Source of the DNA: a virus
Lineage: Duplodnaviria; Caudoviricetes
IMG/VR virus record: IMGVR_UViG_3300020042_012166
Coordinates: 1-27,970 of that record
Strand: one strand, 5' to 3'
Length of the DNA stretch: 27,970 bases
This document shows positions 1 through 9,250 of this stretch, piece by piece; position 1 is the first letter of the stretch, and every line of letters begins with the position of its first letter. The notes beneath the pieces are model-generated. The model had not been told where the DNA came from. It made no database searches and saw only the letters and a list, made by a program, of their open reading frames with translations. A program made the translations under genes and the position numbers.

Positions 1-1034
1 ACCAGTTGATTTTTTGCTTGCTCTAGATGGTGATGCATTTTTAAAATATTGGAAAAATGTTCTTTGTTTTTCTCTACATGTCCAAGATCCTTGTTCATGT
101 TTTCTTTCTTTTGATTAATAGTCTTTTCAGTCTTAACCTTACCTATTTCTTTTAAATGCTTTTGCTTTAAGTGCTCAGTATACCCTTTTGTTGAGGGTGT
201 AGTATTATCACGTACGGTGCTATTAATATATGTCTTTAAGTGTTCTTGGTGACCTTCAATAGCTTTATGTGCCTCTTTAGGGGTATCATTAAAGGTCTTA
301 GTAGCAGCATGAATGTGCTTGGTATATGTTTCGTGTTGTTCAGGGGTCATCTTAGCATGATGTACATCGTCCTGTGTATCAATATTATGAACGTCTGGGT
401 GCTTTTTAAAGTGTGAGAGATCAGGTGCATACTTTGCCTTCATAGAGTCAAAGTGTTTGCCCTCATACGCGGTATGAACTGCAATACCTATCTTTGAATG
501 TTCAATTTTTTTACCTTCTTCAGTCTTATGCTTGGTTGAATAGGAGATAGTATTAGGTTTAAAGTGAAATTTACCACTATGGCTCTCTACATCACCTTCT
601 GGGTTATCTTTTGATTTAACTCCCGAGTGCATTAAATCACCTTGATATACTCCTTTACCTGGGGATATTTTTGGAAGATGTTTAAGCGCATGTTTTAATT
701 TTGTCGCCAGCCCTGGCGTATTGCCGTGATTAGTTTCTATATCCTTATGGCTGTAATTAATCTTTGGATCTTTGTTAAAAGCAGATTTAGTAGCAACAAA
801 GAACTTACCAGTCTCTGGGTGGTGTCCAAAAACAATGGATGGCGACCCATCGTATTTGGTTGTAATCTTTGTATTATTATGCTTGCCATGTAGATGTGAG
901 TGTACGTCCTGCAAGTTATGAAAGGCATGGGCAAATCCTTTGTCACCGGCATTAATGACATGATCTTCAGCATGTTCTAAATGCTTAAGTTTTTCTTCGG
1001 ATGCTGCTTCTGTAATAAAGGATAGAAAGTTCAT
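1..1034 (-). CDS. Conserved T4-like phage protein (DUF6267-like), His-rich; partial, runs off the left edge
   Basis: Not in the ORF track. ATG at 1034 overlaps the TGA of the upstream ORF (ATGA). Manual translation MNFLSFITEAASEEKLKHLEHAEDHVINAG...TTKYDGSPSIVFGHHPETGKFFVATKSAFNKDPKINYS...GVYQGDLMH stays open to base 1. Motifs HLEH, KYDGSP and QGDL recall DUF6267. Confidence 0.8.
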   Translation of the reverse strand, partial: MNFLSFITEAASEEKLKHLEHAEDHVINAGDKGFAHAFHNLQDVHSHLHGKHNNTKITTKYDGSPSIVFGHHPETGKFFVATKSAFNKDPKINYSHKDIETNHGNTPGLATKLKHALKHLPKISPGKGVYQGDLMHSGVKSKDNPEGDVESHSGKFHFKPNTISYSTKHKTEEGKKIEHSKIGIAVHTAYEGKHFDSMKAKYAPDLSHFKKHPDVHNIDTQDDVHHAKMTPEQHETYTKHIHAATKTFNDTPKEAHKAIEGHQEHLKTYINSTVRDNTTPSTKGYTEHLKQKHLKEIGKVKTEKTINQKKENMNKDLGHVEKNKEHFSNILKMHHHLEQAKNQL

Positions 1035-1792
1035 TTTAATAACTTAAATGGGTTAGGTTTAGAGGTACCGGGCATGACACTGTAAGGACTGCTTGCTATT
1101 TGTTTAATCTTAACTTCAGCTTGTATTTCAAAATTAGATGATCTATCACCAACTCTTAATACTACATCATTTGTACCAGCAAAAACTGGCACCTTGGGTA
1201 TCTTAAGGGGGTTTACATTACCAAATTGATAGAAGTCATTACCTGCACAAAGATAATACGCTGGTGCAGCTTTTCCCTTAAGATAATGTAATGTAACTAA
1301 CTCTCCCACATTTGTATTGGGGACCTTACAAATATTTTTATTTGGTAAAGTAGCAAGATACTGCTTCATCATTTCTAACGAAACCGTATTAGGATCAGTC
1401 TTTCTTTCGGTTTTAGAGGAATATAATGTTATTTTTCTTATATCACCTTTAAATTTATTTTTTGCTAAAAATACTTTGAGCCCGTCAATCCACTGCTTAG
1501 CTTCTTTGCTCTTGTTAAAAATGCCTGCTAACTTATCAGTAGCAGCTGATTTATAAGAAGCAGGTACTACCCATTCCCCATTAATATAAGAGAATCTAGG
1601 GTTCATTAAATTATCAGTATGGTTCATTTTTACTTCTACCCATACCGCTTTAGAGTCTTTAAATGACCCATACTCAACCTTAACGTCAGGGTAGGATGTA
1701 CTAACTACAGGTCTAACTGCTGTTAATCCTTTAACTGAACCGTTAATGTTCTTTGCAACATCGTGCTCATATTTGTCTGACGTAGCGCTCAT
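1031..1792 (-). CDS. Hypothetical protein with a PD-(D/E)xK nuclease-like motif
   Basis: 253 aa; YPDVKV...WVEVKM spacing; SD GGAGG upstream. Confidence 0.6.
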   Translation of the reverse strand: MSATSDKYEHDVAKNINGSVKGLTAVRPVVSTSYPDVKVEYGSFKDSKAVWVEVKMNHTDNLMNPRFSYINGEWVVPASYKSAATDKLAGIFNKSKEAKQWIDGLKVFLAKNKFKGDIRKITLYSSKTERKTDPNTVSLEMMKQYLATLPNKNICKVPNTNVGELVTLHYLKGKAAPAYYLCAGNDFYQFGNVNPLKIPKVPVFAGTNDVVLRVGDRSSNFEIQAEVKIKQIASSPYSVMPGTSKPNPFKLLK

Positions 1793-1810
1793 ATTCCTCC
1801 CAGTATATGA

Positions 1811-1818
1811 TATTTAGG
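1811..1818 (-). promoter_or_regulatory. Candidate T4-type late promoter variant (CCTAAATA)
   Basis: Near match to TATAAATA, between the terminator and the SD of 1031..1792. Confidence 0.4.
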
Positions 1819-1821
1819 AAG

Positions 1822-1847
1822 AAAAAAAAGCCCGGCTAGCCGGGCTT
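1822..1847 (-). terminator. Rho-independent terminator
   Basis: Palindrome AAGCCCGGCTAGCCGGGCTT (1828-1847) running into a T-tract on the minus strand, just after the 1863..2270 stop. Confidence 0.85.
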
Positions 1848-1862
1848 CCGTATTTAATTAGC

Positions 1863-2270
1863 TTATCCAAAGTGCGAACTATTAATACTCTTCGTAAGTT
1901 TTTTAGCAGCTGATTTATGCTCATCTGAAAGAGATCCGCTTACATGGCTACTAGGAACTGAAGCTTCGTCATGATGCTCATCCTTAAGAGGGACTTTAAT
2001 TGAAGAGACCTTACCAGTAGCTTTGTGCTGGGTAATAAAATGCGCATGATTATCATGTGATTCAGCTGGATGATAGTGATAATCGCCATGAGTAAAGCTA
2101 GAAGAGTCTGATTTTGCAATGCTTGTACCGTGTGATTTCATGCTACCCATGTCCTCAACGTGCTTGCTACTTTGAGCTAAGGATGTACCCTCCCCCTTAG
2201 CCTCAGTGAGACCAGCAATACTTAATCTTTTTTGCTGATCTGAAATGAATTGTGCGTAGTTTTTAGTCAT
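1863..2270 (-). CDS. Hypothetical His/Ser-rich late protein
   Basis: 135 aa ORF, SD AGGAG, TATAAATA upstream, terminator downstream. Confidence 0.8.
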   Translation of the reverse strand: MTKNYAQFISDQQKRLSIAGLTEAKGEGTSLAQSSKHVEDMGSMKSHGTSIAKSDSSSFTHGDYHYHPAESHDNHAHFITQHKATGKVSSIKVPLKDEHHDEASVPSSHVSGSLSDEHKSAAKKLTKSINSSHFG

Positions 2271-2296
2271 ACTTTTCTCCTTAAGAATATTTTATT

Positions 2297-2304
2297 TATT
2301 TATA
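2297..2304 (-). promoter_or_regulatory. T4-type (gp55) late promoter TATAAATA
   Basis: Exact TATAAATA on the minus strand, ~27 nt upstream of the ATG at 2270. Confidence 0.75.
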
Positions 2305-2307
2305 ATA

Positions 2308-2529
2308 CTACATTCCTATCGATCTAGGGGAATACTTAAGAGTCTGGCCGGATTTATGATCTTGCTCTAGATAGTCAGCAAAACACTCAAAGCGAAGTGC
2401 GGAGTCGACCTCACTACGTGATTCAAGTGCTTTTTGCGCATCTCGTAAGAATCTTACAAGAACGTGCACAGGTACACTACTACCATTAATCATACGATTT
2501 ATTTCAGAAGGCGACTTTACTTTAAGCAT
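2308..2529 (-). CDS. Hypothetical protein
   Basis: 73 aa ORF with its own sigma70-like promoter. Confidence 0.7.
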   Translation of the reverse strand: MLKVKSPSEINRMINGSSVPVHVLVRFLRDAQKALESRSEVDSALRFECFADYLEQDHKSGQTLKYSPRSIGM

Positions 2530-2555
2530 GGTTTTCCCTAAATATGTGTATTACT

Positions 2556-2584
2556 ATTATAGTATAATTTGAAAAATATAGCAA
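2556..2584 (-). promoter_or_regulatory. sigma70-like promoter TTGCTA-N17-TATAAT
   Basis: -35 at 2579-2584, -10 at 2556-2561. Confidence 0.6.
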
Positions 2585-2619
2585 GCAGGTGATTTTATAA
2601 TGCAAAATTTTATAGAATC

Positions 2620-3450
2620 ATGGATCCATTAACCTTACTTGCACTTGCCAATGGCGCCGTTGCTGCCATTAAAAAAGGCTGCCAACTCTACAAAGACATC
2701 AAATCCGCTGCCGGGGATGTAAAAGGTGTGTTAGATGACCTGGATAAGCAGTTTGCAAAGCAGCATGAAAGTAAGCCTCCTACTAAAGAACAACGTCAAC
2801 AGTTTGAACAAAAGAAAAAAGAAGTAAGAGCAGATATTGAGAGAGATCCTAATGATGTTATCTCCATTATCGGAGACCAGTTAGGAACATTCTTTGATGC
2901 TATGGATAAAATTGAAGAGTTGTTTTATGAAGAAGAAAAAAAATCCAAAGAAGTATACATCGGGGATGTCTCTTTAAGCCGTAGAGCATTGCAAAGAGTT
3001 CTAATTCGTTCAAGACTTGAGCAAATGGAAGTTGAATTGCGTGAGCAAATGATTTACCATGTGCCAGCAGATTTAAAAGATTTGTGGACACGATTTCAGG
3101 AAATGCGTGGACAAATTATTCAGGAACAAAAAGTTGCCAGAAAAATAAAAGAAAAAGATGACGCAATTAAAGCAGCAAGACGTAAGAAAAGAATGGAGAA
3201 TATTACGTTTGAAATTGCTATAGTAGTTGGTATCCTAGCGGTTTTTTTAGTAATGGGGCTATTGTTTACATGGATACATTTTGATAAGAAAAGAAGATGG
3301 CCAGAATTAGAGCAAAAAACTTATCAAGCAGAATTAGAAAAAGAGAAAAAATTAAAAACAGATAAGATATTGGAGGCAATAAAATATCTTGATGAACAAA
3401 ACTATCAACAGAACAAGGACTTAATAGTACCTTCAGATGAAAAAAGATAA
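2620..3450 (+). CDS. Coiled-coil protein with one internal transmembrane helix
   Basis: 276 aa; long charged helical segments; TM segment IAIVVGILAVFLVMGLLFTWIHF. Confidence 0.8.
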   Translation: MDPLTLLALANGAVAAIKKGCQLYKDIKSAAGDVKGVLDDLDKQFAKQHESKPPTKEQRQQFEQKKKEVRADIERDPNDVISIIGDQLGTFFDAMDKIEELFYEEEKKSKEVYIGDVSLSRRALQRVLIRSRLEQMEVELREQMIYHVPADLKDLWTRFQEMRGQIIQEQKVARKIKEKDDAIKAARRKKRMENITFEIAIVVGILAVFLVMGLLFTWIHFDKKRRWPELEQKTYQAELEKEKKLKTDKILEAIKYLDEQNYQQNKDLIVPSDEKR

Positions 3451-3580
3451 CAAATACACGTTTTTAGAATGGGTATTTGATGAAGTTGGGTTTGGGAAAT
3501 TTATTTTACTAGCCTACCTATTTTTATTATTAATAGCTTTAGGAGTTCTTGCTGGAGTGTGGTATATAACGAAAGTTTAA
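3437..3580 (+). CDS. Small membrane protein (47 aa)
   Basis: Manual translation MKKDNKYTFLEWVFDEVGFGKFILLAYLFLLLIALGVLAGVWYITKV*; fills the gap between its plus-strand neighbours exactly. Confidence 0.65.
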   Translation: MKKDNKYTFLEWVFDEVGFGKFILLAYLFLLLIALGVLAGVWYITKV

Positions 3581-3581
3581 A

Positions 3582-3899
3582 GTGATATCTAAAAAAATCA
3601 TAATATACACCTCCATAGCAATGGCCGTTGCAGTTCCTATAGTACCAGACAAATACAAGATAGCTATTAATGTAGATAGAGCTGAACAAACTGGTAATAA
3701 GAGAGAACAAAAGAGAACTGAAGTAGTAAAAACCTCTTGTGAATTAGAGGCAGATTTTATCACCTCTAACAATATTCACGTATGCAGATACAAATGTAAA
3801 GAAGGCGGAAGTATCAGTATTACGTCTATTAATAGATCAAATAATTGTCAACAATCCATAAAAGCAGATGTGAAGATATCTAAAAAGAATGCTATATAA
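3582..3899 (+). CDS. Putative secreted/periplasmic protein with four Cys
   Basis: Signal-like N-terminus KKIIIYTSIAMAVAVP; C..CRYKC..C pattern. Confidence 0.65.
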   Translation: MISKKIIIYTSIAMAVAVPIVPDKYKIAINVDRAEQTGNKREQKRTEVVKTSCELEADFITSNNIHVCRYKCKEGGSISITSINRSNNCQQSIKADVKISKKNAI

Positions 3900-3927
3900 T
3901 TTGTGTTTCAACTGAATTGGAGTTTTT

Positions 3928-4275
3928 ATGTTTAATTTAAAAAATGTAATTTTAGCTGCAGGTGTAATAATTGCCGTTTTAGGTGTATTTAATGCTAACC
4001 TTGCAATCTTTGGGGTGGGTGTTATTATTGGAATTGTTGCTCTCTTTATCCTCAAAACAGAGAGAGATCTGGATGCAGCATTACCTGTTGTGCCTACAAC
4101 AGAACCCGACACCGTACCTGAACCAGTAAAAGCTGCTGAAGCTGTGCCTGAGCCCATCGCACCAGCAGTTGTACAAGAGCCTGTCAAACAAGAGGTTGCA
4201 AAGCCGGCGCCAGTTATTAAAGCGCCCCCTGCTGCTGCGCCCAAGAAAAGAGGCCGTAAGCCTACTAAGAAGTAA
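3928..4275 (+). CDS. Two-TM membrane protein with Pro/Ala-rich linker and basic C-terminus
   Basis: Two hydrophobic N-terminal helices, PEP/PAP repeats, ends KKRGRKPTKK. Confidence 0.75.
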   Translation: MFNLKNVILAAGVIIAVLGVFNANLAIFGVGVIIGIVALFILKTERDLDAALPVVPTTEPDTVPEPVKAAEAVPEPIAPAVVQEPVKQEVAKPAPVIKAPPAAAPKKRGRKPTKK

Positions 4276-4731
4276 TTATTTGTAAATATCGACTTTATCT
4301 GTAAAGCGATAAAATAGACCTCGTTCTCTACCGTGTGCTTCTATCTCCCAAGGTAGATCCCAGTAGTCAACGAGGTTTTCATTTACTTCCCTGCCCTGCC
4401 AACGTGATATATGAGCAGGCACGTGGGAGCTGGTTAGTTCTCTAATAGCAAATTGCTTTAGGTGTACCATCTCATGGGCAAGAGTTATGAGGATCTCTTC
4501 AATGGGACGATCCTTCTCTATCTGTATTTCGAATTCTCTGACACCTACATCTTGCGCAATAAATTGACAATAGCCTTCGGCGTCACCATCTAACTTTCTT
4601 TTTAAGAAAATCTTAAGGTCAACTATATTGGCAGTACGTTTATTAAGTAATTTACTACCGTAAAACTCCGCCGCATTGGTAAGGAGTTTTTTTATTTTTT
4701 TTGATCGAATACCCTCAACAGAAACTTCCAT
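4276..4731 (-). CDS. HExxH zinc metallopeptidase-like protein (SprT-like)
   Basis: TLAHEMVHLKQF plus downstream PWEIEA; likely start MEVSVEG at 4731 (SD GAGG), with a CATAAATA late-like promoter at 4754-4761. Confidence 0.75.
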   Translation of the reverse strand: MEVSVEGIRSKKIKKLLTNAAEFYGSKLLNKRTANIVDLKIFLKRKLDGDAEGYCQFIAQDVGVREFEIQIEKDRPIEEILITLAHEMVHLKQFAIRELTSSHVPAHISRWQGREVNENLVDYWDLPWEIEAHGRERGLFYRFTDKVDIYK

Positions 4732-4774
4732 AAGGTTTCCTCTCTTATAAGGGTATTTATGGAGTTTGGAATAT

Positions 4775-4939
4775 CTAAGTGTCCTCTTTTTCATCGTATT
4801 CTCCGTTAACTATATTCCAAATATCGAACGGCATGCTGAACACCAAGCTAATATATTCAAACGCTGAAAGCACGGAGATCACTAAAAGAGAAATAGGAAA
4901 CGAAATACACCATATTATAACTTTTTGAATAAGCGTCAT
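4775..4939 (-). CDS. Small membrane protein (54 aa)
   Basis: TAATG overlap with the helicase stop; MTLIQKVIIWCISFPISLLVISVLSAFEYISLVFSMPFDIWNIVNGEYDEKEDT*. Confidence 0.6.
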   Translation of the reverse strand: MTLIQKVIIWCISFPISLLVISVLSAFEYISLVFSMPFDIWNIVNGEYDEKEDT

Positions 4940-6327
4940 TACTGAAATCCTGAAAATAGATTCTTATTGAATTTTTTATCTTCTGCCTTTAATCTAGATC
5001 CGGTATTGGTATTATCAAAAAGCGGCTTATCATCTGAAATATCATCCTGGGCAGACTGCTCTACATTATATAGTTTCATCTTAGACTTGTCTATTCCGAT
5101 TACAAACTTCCTGTGAAAGAATGGGTCATTATATCTATTCTTTAACTGTTTAACCATAATCTGGCCAAGCCCCTCCAACTCCTCAGAGGTGATGAGTGCA
5201 AACATAAGGTCTGCTGTTGCAGGCAATCCGAATGACTCACTTGTATCTTCCAAACCAACGTCTGTGTTAGAATAACCCGAGCGCGTTGTCTGTGTAGCGG
5301 ATACTACAGGCACATTAAACTCAACTGCCAACCCTCTCAACTCTTCTGCTATAGATTTAATATAGGTATAGGAATTTACATTAGCACCAAATTTAAGTCT
5401 TGATGACATACAGATATTCAAGTAATCAATGTAAATGATATCTGGTTTAAAATTACGCTTTAACTTAAGTTCATTGAGTAGGTGTCTGAAGTGATTGGAA
5501 CCAGCTGATGCGGTTGGGTATTCCTTAATAATAAGTTTACCAGGAGTCTTACTTTTTACTCTCTCAATCTTCTTATCGTAAACATCCTTTGGTAGCATTG
5601 AAAGCATATCAATAGGTTCGTTTAATAGATTGGCATCTATACGTTCAGCTATCTTCTCCTCAGCCATCTCCATCGTGATGTATAACACATTATGGCCTTG
5701 GCTGAGATTGGCGGCGGCGCAGTGGCACATGAATAGCGACTTACCGACCCCGGTACCAGCCAATGCTATGTTAAGTGTCTTCTTAGGTATGCCACCTTTT
5801 GTAATAAGATTAAAGTAATCAAGATCAAAAGGTAGTCGAGATTCTTTACGGTGATAAAATTCGTACCGTTCGTCTGAGTCTTCTAAGAAGTCATGTCCAA
5901 TATGTGTATCAAATGATACTGATAGCGCCTTAGATAGGATATCTGGTATTACTCCCTTGTCCTGACCCCCCTTACCATCCAATATATTAATGGACTCCAT
6001 AACCGCATTATATACGGCCTTGTCTTGACAGAACTTTTCAGTCTGGTCCATCAACCAATCTATATCGGTCTTATCTTCATTAACGGTTATAACTTGTTGC
6101 TTGAGAGACTTAACTTCATCATCATTTAAGTTACTCACGTTACTAATTTCAATAGCTAATGCCTCTTTAGTTGGAAGGTTATTATACTTCTCAACATACT
6201 CTGAAATTAAGTTAAATAAAGTCTTATCGGTCCTCGACTGGAAGTAAGCATCCTTTAAAAAAGGAAGAGACTTACGTGCATAAGTCTCATTAAAGATTAG
6301 GTTACTAAAAATTAATTGTTCAATCAT
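4939..6327 (-). CDS. gp41: T4 gp41-like replicative DNA helicase (DnaB family)
   Basis: Walker A AGTGVGKS, IKEYPT, YIDYLNIC, SATQTTR, SESFGLPATAD, QLKNRY. Confidence 0.97.
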   Translation of the reverse strand: MIEQLIFSNLIFNETYARKSLPFLKDAYFQSRTDKTLFNLISEYVEKYNNLPTKEALAIEISNVSNLNDDEVKSLKQQVITVNEDKTDIDWLMDQTEKFCQDKAVYNAVMESINILDGKGGQDKGVIPDILSKALSVSFDTHIGHDFLEDSDERYEFYHRKESRLPFDLDYFNLITKGGIPKKTLNIALAGTGVGKSLFMCHCAAANLSQGHNVLYITMEMAEEKIAERIDANLLNEPIDMLSMLPKDVYDKKIERVKSKTPGKLIIKEYPTASAGSNHFRHLLNELKLKRNFKPDIIYIDYLNICMSSRLKFGANVNSYTYIKSIAEELRGLAVEFNVPVVSATQTTRSGYSNTDVGLEDTSESFGLPATADLMFALITSEELEGLGQIMVKQLKNRYNDPFFHRKFVIGIDKSKMKLYNVEQSAQDDISDDKPLFDNTNTGSRLKAEDKKFNKNLFSGFQ

Positions 6328-6532
6328 TTTTTACTGGTTGTGGTGGCGCAAGCATACACATTTTAACTTCTCTAAATTTAAAGCTCAACTGCCAAAGATG
6401 CTGCCAATGTGATTCGTACTTAAGCCAGGTTAAAAATCTATCCTGTGCATGAGATAGGGTATTTGATTGAATAACCATTTCGCCTTCGAATTGATTATTC
6501 TCAGAAGAATATTCAACTATAAACGTTTTCAT
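6320..6532 (-). CDS. Hypothetical protein
   Basis: 70 aa ORF overlapping both neighbours. Confidence 0.7.
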   Translation of the reverse strand: MKTFIVEYSSENNQFEGEMVIQSNTLSHAQDRFLTWLKYESHWQHLWQLSFKFREVKMCMLAPPQPVKND

Positions 6533-7680
6533 ACAAATCCGACTTTGCGCTTTGTTGTCTTTGGTGCTTCTACTTGCTTATGAAAGATATCGGCAATGCT
6601 GTACTTACCGTCTGCCTTGATCTCGAGTTCAACATTAAGACGTGTAGCTAGTTTTGCTGCCTGTTCTTCGTTAAGGGTATCAAAGTTCAAGATGTCAAAA
6701 CAACGACCTGGGCGAATAAGGGCAGGATCAACATCACGGATAGATGGTAGGTTAGTTGAGAAGATCATCTTTTTATTCTTTGTAGTAACCAATCCGTCAC
6801 CTACGTTAAGAAACTTATGCATGAAATCATTACCATCATTACGAGCACCTAGGAAGTTATCTGCATCTTCAATGATCATCACGTTGCGATCACCCTCAAT
6901 AAAGTTTGCAAAGATATGATCTTTAGACAGAATATTTGTATCGTAAGTAACCATTGCTGATAGTTCGGCATGCTGCAACAACCCCCTAATAAAGGTTGTC
7001 TTACCGGTGCCTGGCGGGCCAATCAACAATAGGATAGACGCAGAGGACTTTAAGAAGCGATCATAGTAATCGCCAAGAGCTTCCCCGTTTAGAAAGGGGT
7101 ACATCTCCTCCACAGGCACTCTATCAGAACGTACAGGTACTTCGATACTCTGCCCATCACCACTGTAAATCCATTCAATTACGTTCTTTACTTCTTCAAA
7201 CTGTTCAGTTAGCTTACTTTCCCAGTGGTATACGAAATCTGAATCACCGTATACCTTAATGACAATAGATGACGAGTTTATACTGTATTCAATGTAAGAA
7301 CTAGTTTCGTCCTCGACCATTATCCCAGTATCTTCACGAAACTGAATAAATCTAAGCTTACTGGTAATGATAACTTTATGCCATTCAGCACGAGTGGCAA
7401 TAATGGTAAACTCTTTGTGATGAGTTTCTAAAGCCTTATCATTTCGGTTAAACATCAATTGACCGGTGATAAAATCACTTACATCTGATGCCCCTAAAAA
7501 TATATCATTCGCGTTCATTTTTTTCCCATGCGTTTCTATAGAATCCCAAGTCCACTTTTTCAAAAATTTTACCTTCCTCTTACCTCTGGCACGTCGATAT
7601 CGTATAGGAGGGGGCCAGGAGTTTAAAGATTTAGATGCCATTTTAAGCTCTTTAAATATTTGATTCACCAACGAACTCAC
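6529..7680 (-). CDS. AAA+ ATPase
   Basis: Walker A GPPGTGKT, Walker B MIIED, second region of homology DPALIRPGRCFD, C-terminal KVGF. Confidence 0.9.
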   Translation of the reverse strand: MSSLVNQIFKELKMASKSLNSWPPPIRYRRARGKRKVKFLKKWTWDSIETHGKKMNANDIFLGASDVSDFITGQLMFNRNDKALETHHKEFTIIATRAEWHKVIITSKLRFIQFREDTGIMVEDETSSYIEYSINSSSIVIKVYGDSDFVYHWESKLTEQFEEVKNVIEWIYSGDGQSIEVPVRSDRVPVEEMYPFLNGEALGDYYDRFLKSSASILLLIGPPGTGKTTFIRGLLQHAELSAMVTYDTNILSKDHIFANFIEGDRNVMIIEDADNFLGARNDGNDFMHKFLNVGDGLVTTKNKKMIFSTNLPSIRDVDPALIRPGRCFDILNFDTLNEEQAAKLATRLNVELEIKADGKYSIADIFHKQVEAPKTTKRKVGFV

Positions 7681-7880
7681 AAAATACGACCAGTTCTATC
7701 CTGTATAATTTTATCAATATAATTTAAAAAATCTTGCTGTGATAACTGACGCCTTGTCTCGTAAATAGCAATCCAGATATTCGAGCTCAATCCAAATCTA
7801 GATACGTACTCCTCTCGTATATCTTCATCTTCAAAGTCATCTAGACCTACCTCAACATCAACCGTTACTGTCTTGCTCAT
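7677..7880 (-). CDS. Hypothetical protein
   Basis: ORF track 7677..7892; likely start MSKTVTV after GGAG. Confidence 0.7.
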   Translation of the reverse strand: MSKTVTVDVEVGLDDFEDEDIREEYVSRFGLSSNIWIAIYETRRQLSQQDFLNYIDKIIQDRTGRIL

Positions 7881-8895
7881 TATTAACTCCATAACTAAAT
7901 TCAGTCTTAGCTGCCACTTCTAGCCTTGACATAATTTCTTCTGTATAGTACTTTTCTGGATTTTCGTTTATAGTTTTACCGAACACCTTTGATCCATCAG
8001 GCAATTCATATCTAGTAGATACCTTATTAAAGATCTTATGCTTTTCAGCCAGGTCTAAAAGACCATAGTACTTGTCGAGGCCTTTGTCGTAAGTAAGAAG
8101 CACTTCGACTTTGCTATTCTCTTTTGAGAGTCTGGATTTGTGCATATTGACTTTGATAATATTGCCAACGATTTCGTCTCCATCTCTTTCCTTTTTCTTT
8201 CCGAGGTAAGCAATCGTGCTAGCTGCGTATTTGAGTCCTGAACCACCGCCCATCTCCTTTTGAGGTATGTAAGAACCGACCATCTCGTAAACGTGATTGG
8301 TCACAAGCATTGGCACTTTAACTTTTGCAAGCTTAAGTGTCAAGACACGGAATGTGGCCTTAATGGTTTGGGCCTTTGTCATATCACGTGTTTCTTTACC
8401 CTCAGTACTATCTTCCATCTCTTTAGTGGTTGATAGTAGACCAAGACTGTCCAACACCATCATCATAGGTGGACGCTTGTCTATCGGGTGTTTATCAAAT
8501 GCCTCTAGCATCTTTAATGCATGAGTTCTAAACTTCTGAATAGTATCGGGCTCGGCTAAGATGACTCGATTAGTATCGATACCTCTTGCCTCCATCATAC
8601 CTTTGGTGACCGCGGCCTCGGTGTCGTAGTAGACGACTGCTCCGTCTGGGTTCTTGTCAAGGAAGGCTCTAACGACACCAAGTACGAAGTAAGTTTTACC
8701 AGTAGCAGATTCTCCTGCAAAAGCAGTAATTTTGTTATCAGGTATGCCGCCATAGATGCTACCAGAGAGAACAGCGTTGAGAATATAGCTGCCAGTATCA
8801 ATAAAACCACCAAACTCAGCAGAACCGGCACCGTCAGCGGCAATAGTAGTATCTTCATCTTTTATCTCATTAATTAGGTCTCTAAAAAAACTCAT
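7858..8895 (-). CDS. uvsX: UvsX RecA-like recombinase
   Basis: [39 protein letters not shown]; lies between gp43 and gp41. Confidence 0.96.
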   Translation of the reverse strand: MSFFRDLINEIKDEDTTIAADGAGSAEFGGFIDTGSYILNAVLSGSIYGGIPDNKITAFAGESATGKTYFVLGVVRAFLDKNPDGAVVYYDTEAAVTKGMMEARGIDTNRVILAEPDTIQKFRTHALKMLEAFDKHPIDKRPPMMMVLDSLGLLSTTKEMEDSTEGKETRDMTKAQTIKATFRVLTLKLAKVKVPMLVTNHVYEMVGSYIPQKEMGGGSGLKYAASTIAYLGKKKERDGDEIVGNIIKVNMHKSRLSKENSKVEVLLTYDKGLDKYYGLLDLAEKHKIFNKVSTRYELPDGSKVFGKTINENPEKYYTEEIMSRLEVAAKTEFSYGVNNEQDSNG

Positions 8896-9071
8896 TCTGC
8901 TTCCTCAAATAATTCAATAGCATTATTATAACCGCGTTCGAAATCGTCAGCGTCAGCCTCCTCACCCTCTACACCTGCATAGGGGTTAGAGTACTTTGAC
9001 CCAGCAATTGCTTGATCGTATCCCTGCTTGTAGGGTGCTTCTTCGTACTTAACAATTTTAGGCTTTTTCAT
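8892..9071 (-). CDS. Ribosome modulation factor (RMF/CrpP-fold)-like small protein, 59 aa
   Basis: Missed by the ORF track. [59 protein letters not shown]; ATGA overlaps at both ends; GY..AIAG...NPY...F.RGY pattern resembles RMF. Confidence 0.6.
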   Translation of the reverse strand: MKKPKIVKYEEAPYKQGYDQAIAGSKYSNPYAGVEGEEADADDFERGYNNAIELFEEAE

Positions 9072-9250
9072 ACGTTCTCCGTTTGTATTTGTTTAGCATA
9101 GTGCGCATAAAGTCTATTATACGCTAATCTCACATTACTAGGCAACACTTCACCAAACTGATGTAATACCTGTTCTATTTCCTTAGACAGATCACGAGAC
9201 AGTCTTAGTTCTTCTGTCGTTCCTATTTGATGTACTTCAAAATCATTCAT
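9068..9250 (-). CDS. Hypothetical protein
   Basis: 60 aa ORF coupled to both neighbours. Confidence 0.75.
   Translation of the reverse strand: MNDFEVHQIGTTEELRLSRDLSKEIEQVLHQFGEVLPSNVRLAYNRLYAHYAKQIQTENV

Noticed and set aside
737-973. 78-aa minus-strand ORF
   Set aside because: It lies in an alternative frame inside the longer DUF6267-like ORF 1..1034.
2900-4244. Minus-strand ORFs 2900..3091, 3501..3710, 3539..3772 and 3837..4244
   Set aside because: They are antisense to the contiguous plus-strand membrane cassette.
4913-4940. TATAAT downstream of the helicase as a promoter
   Set aside because: It lies inside the 54-aa ORF 4775..4939 and has no well-spaced consensus -35.
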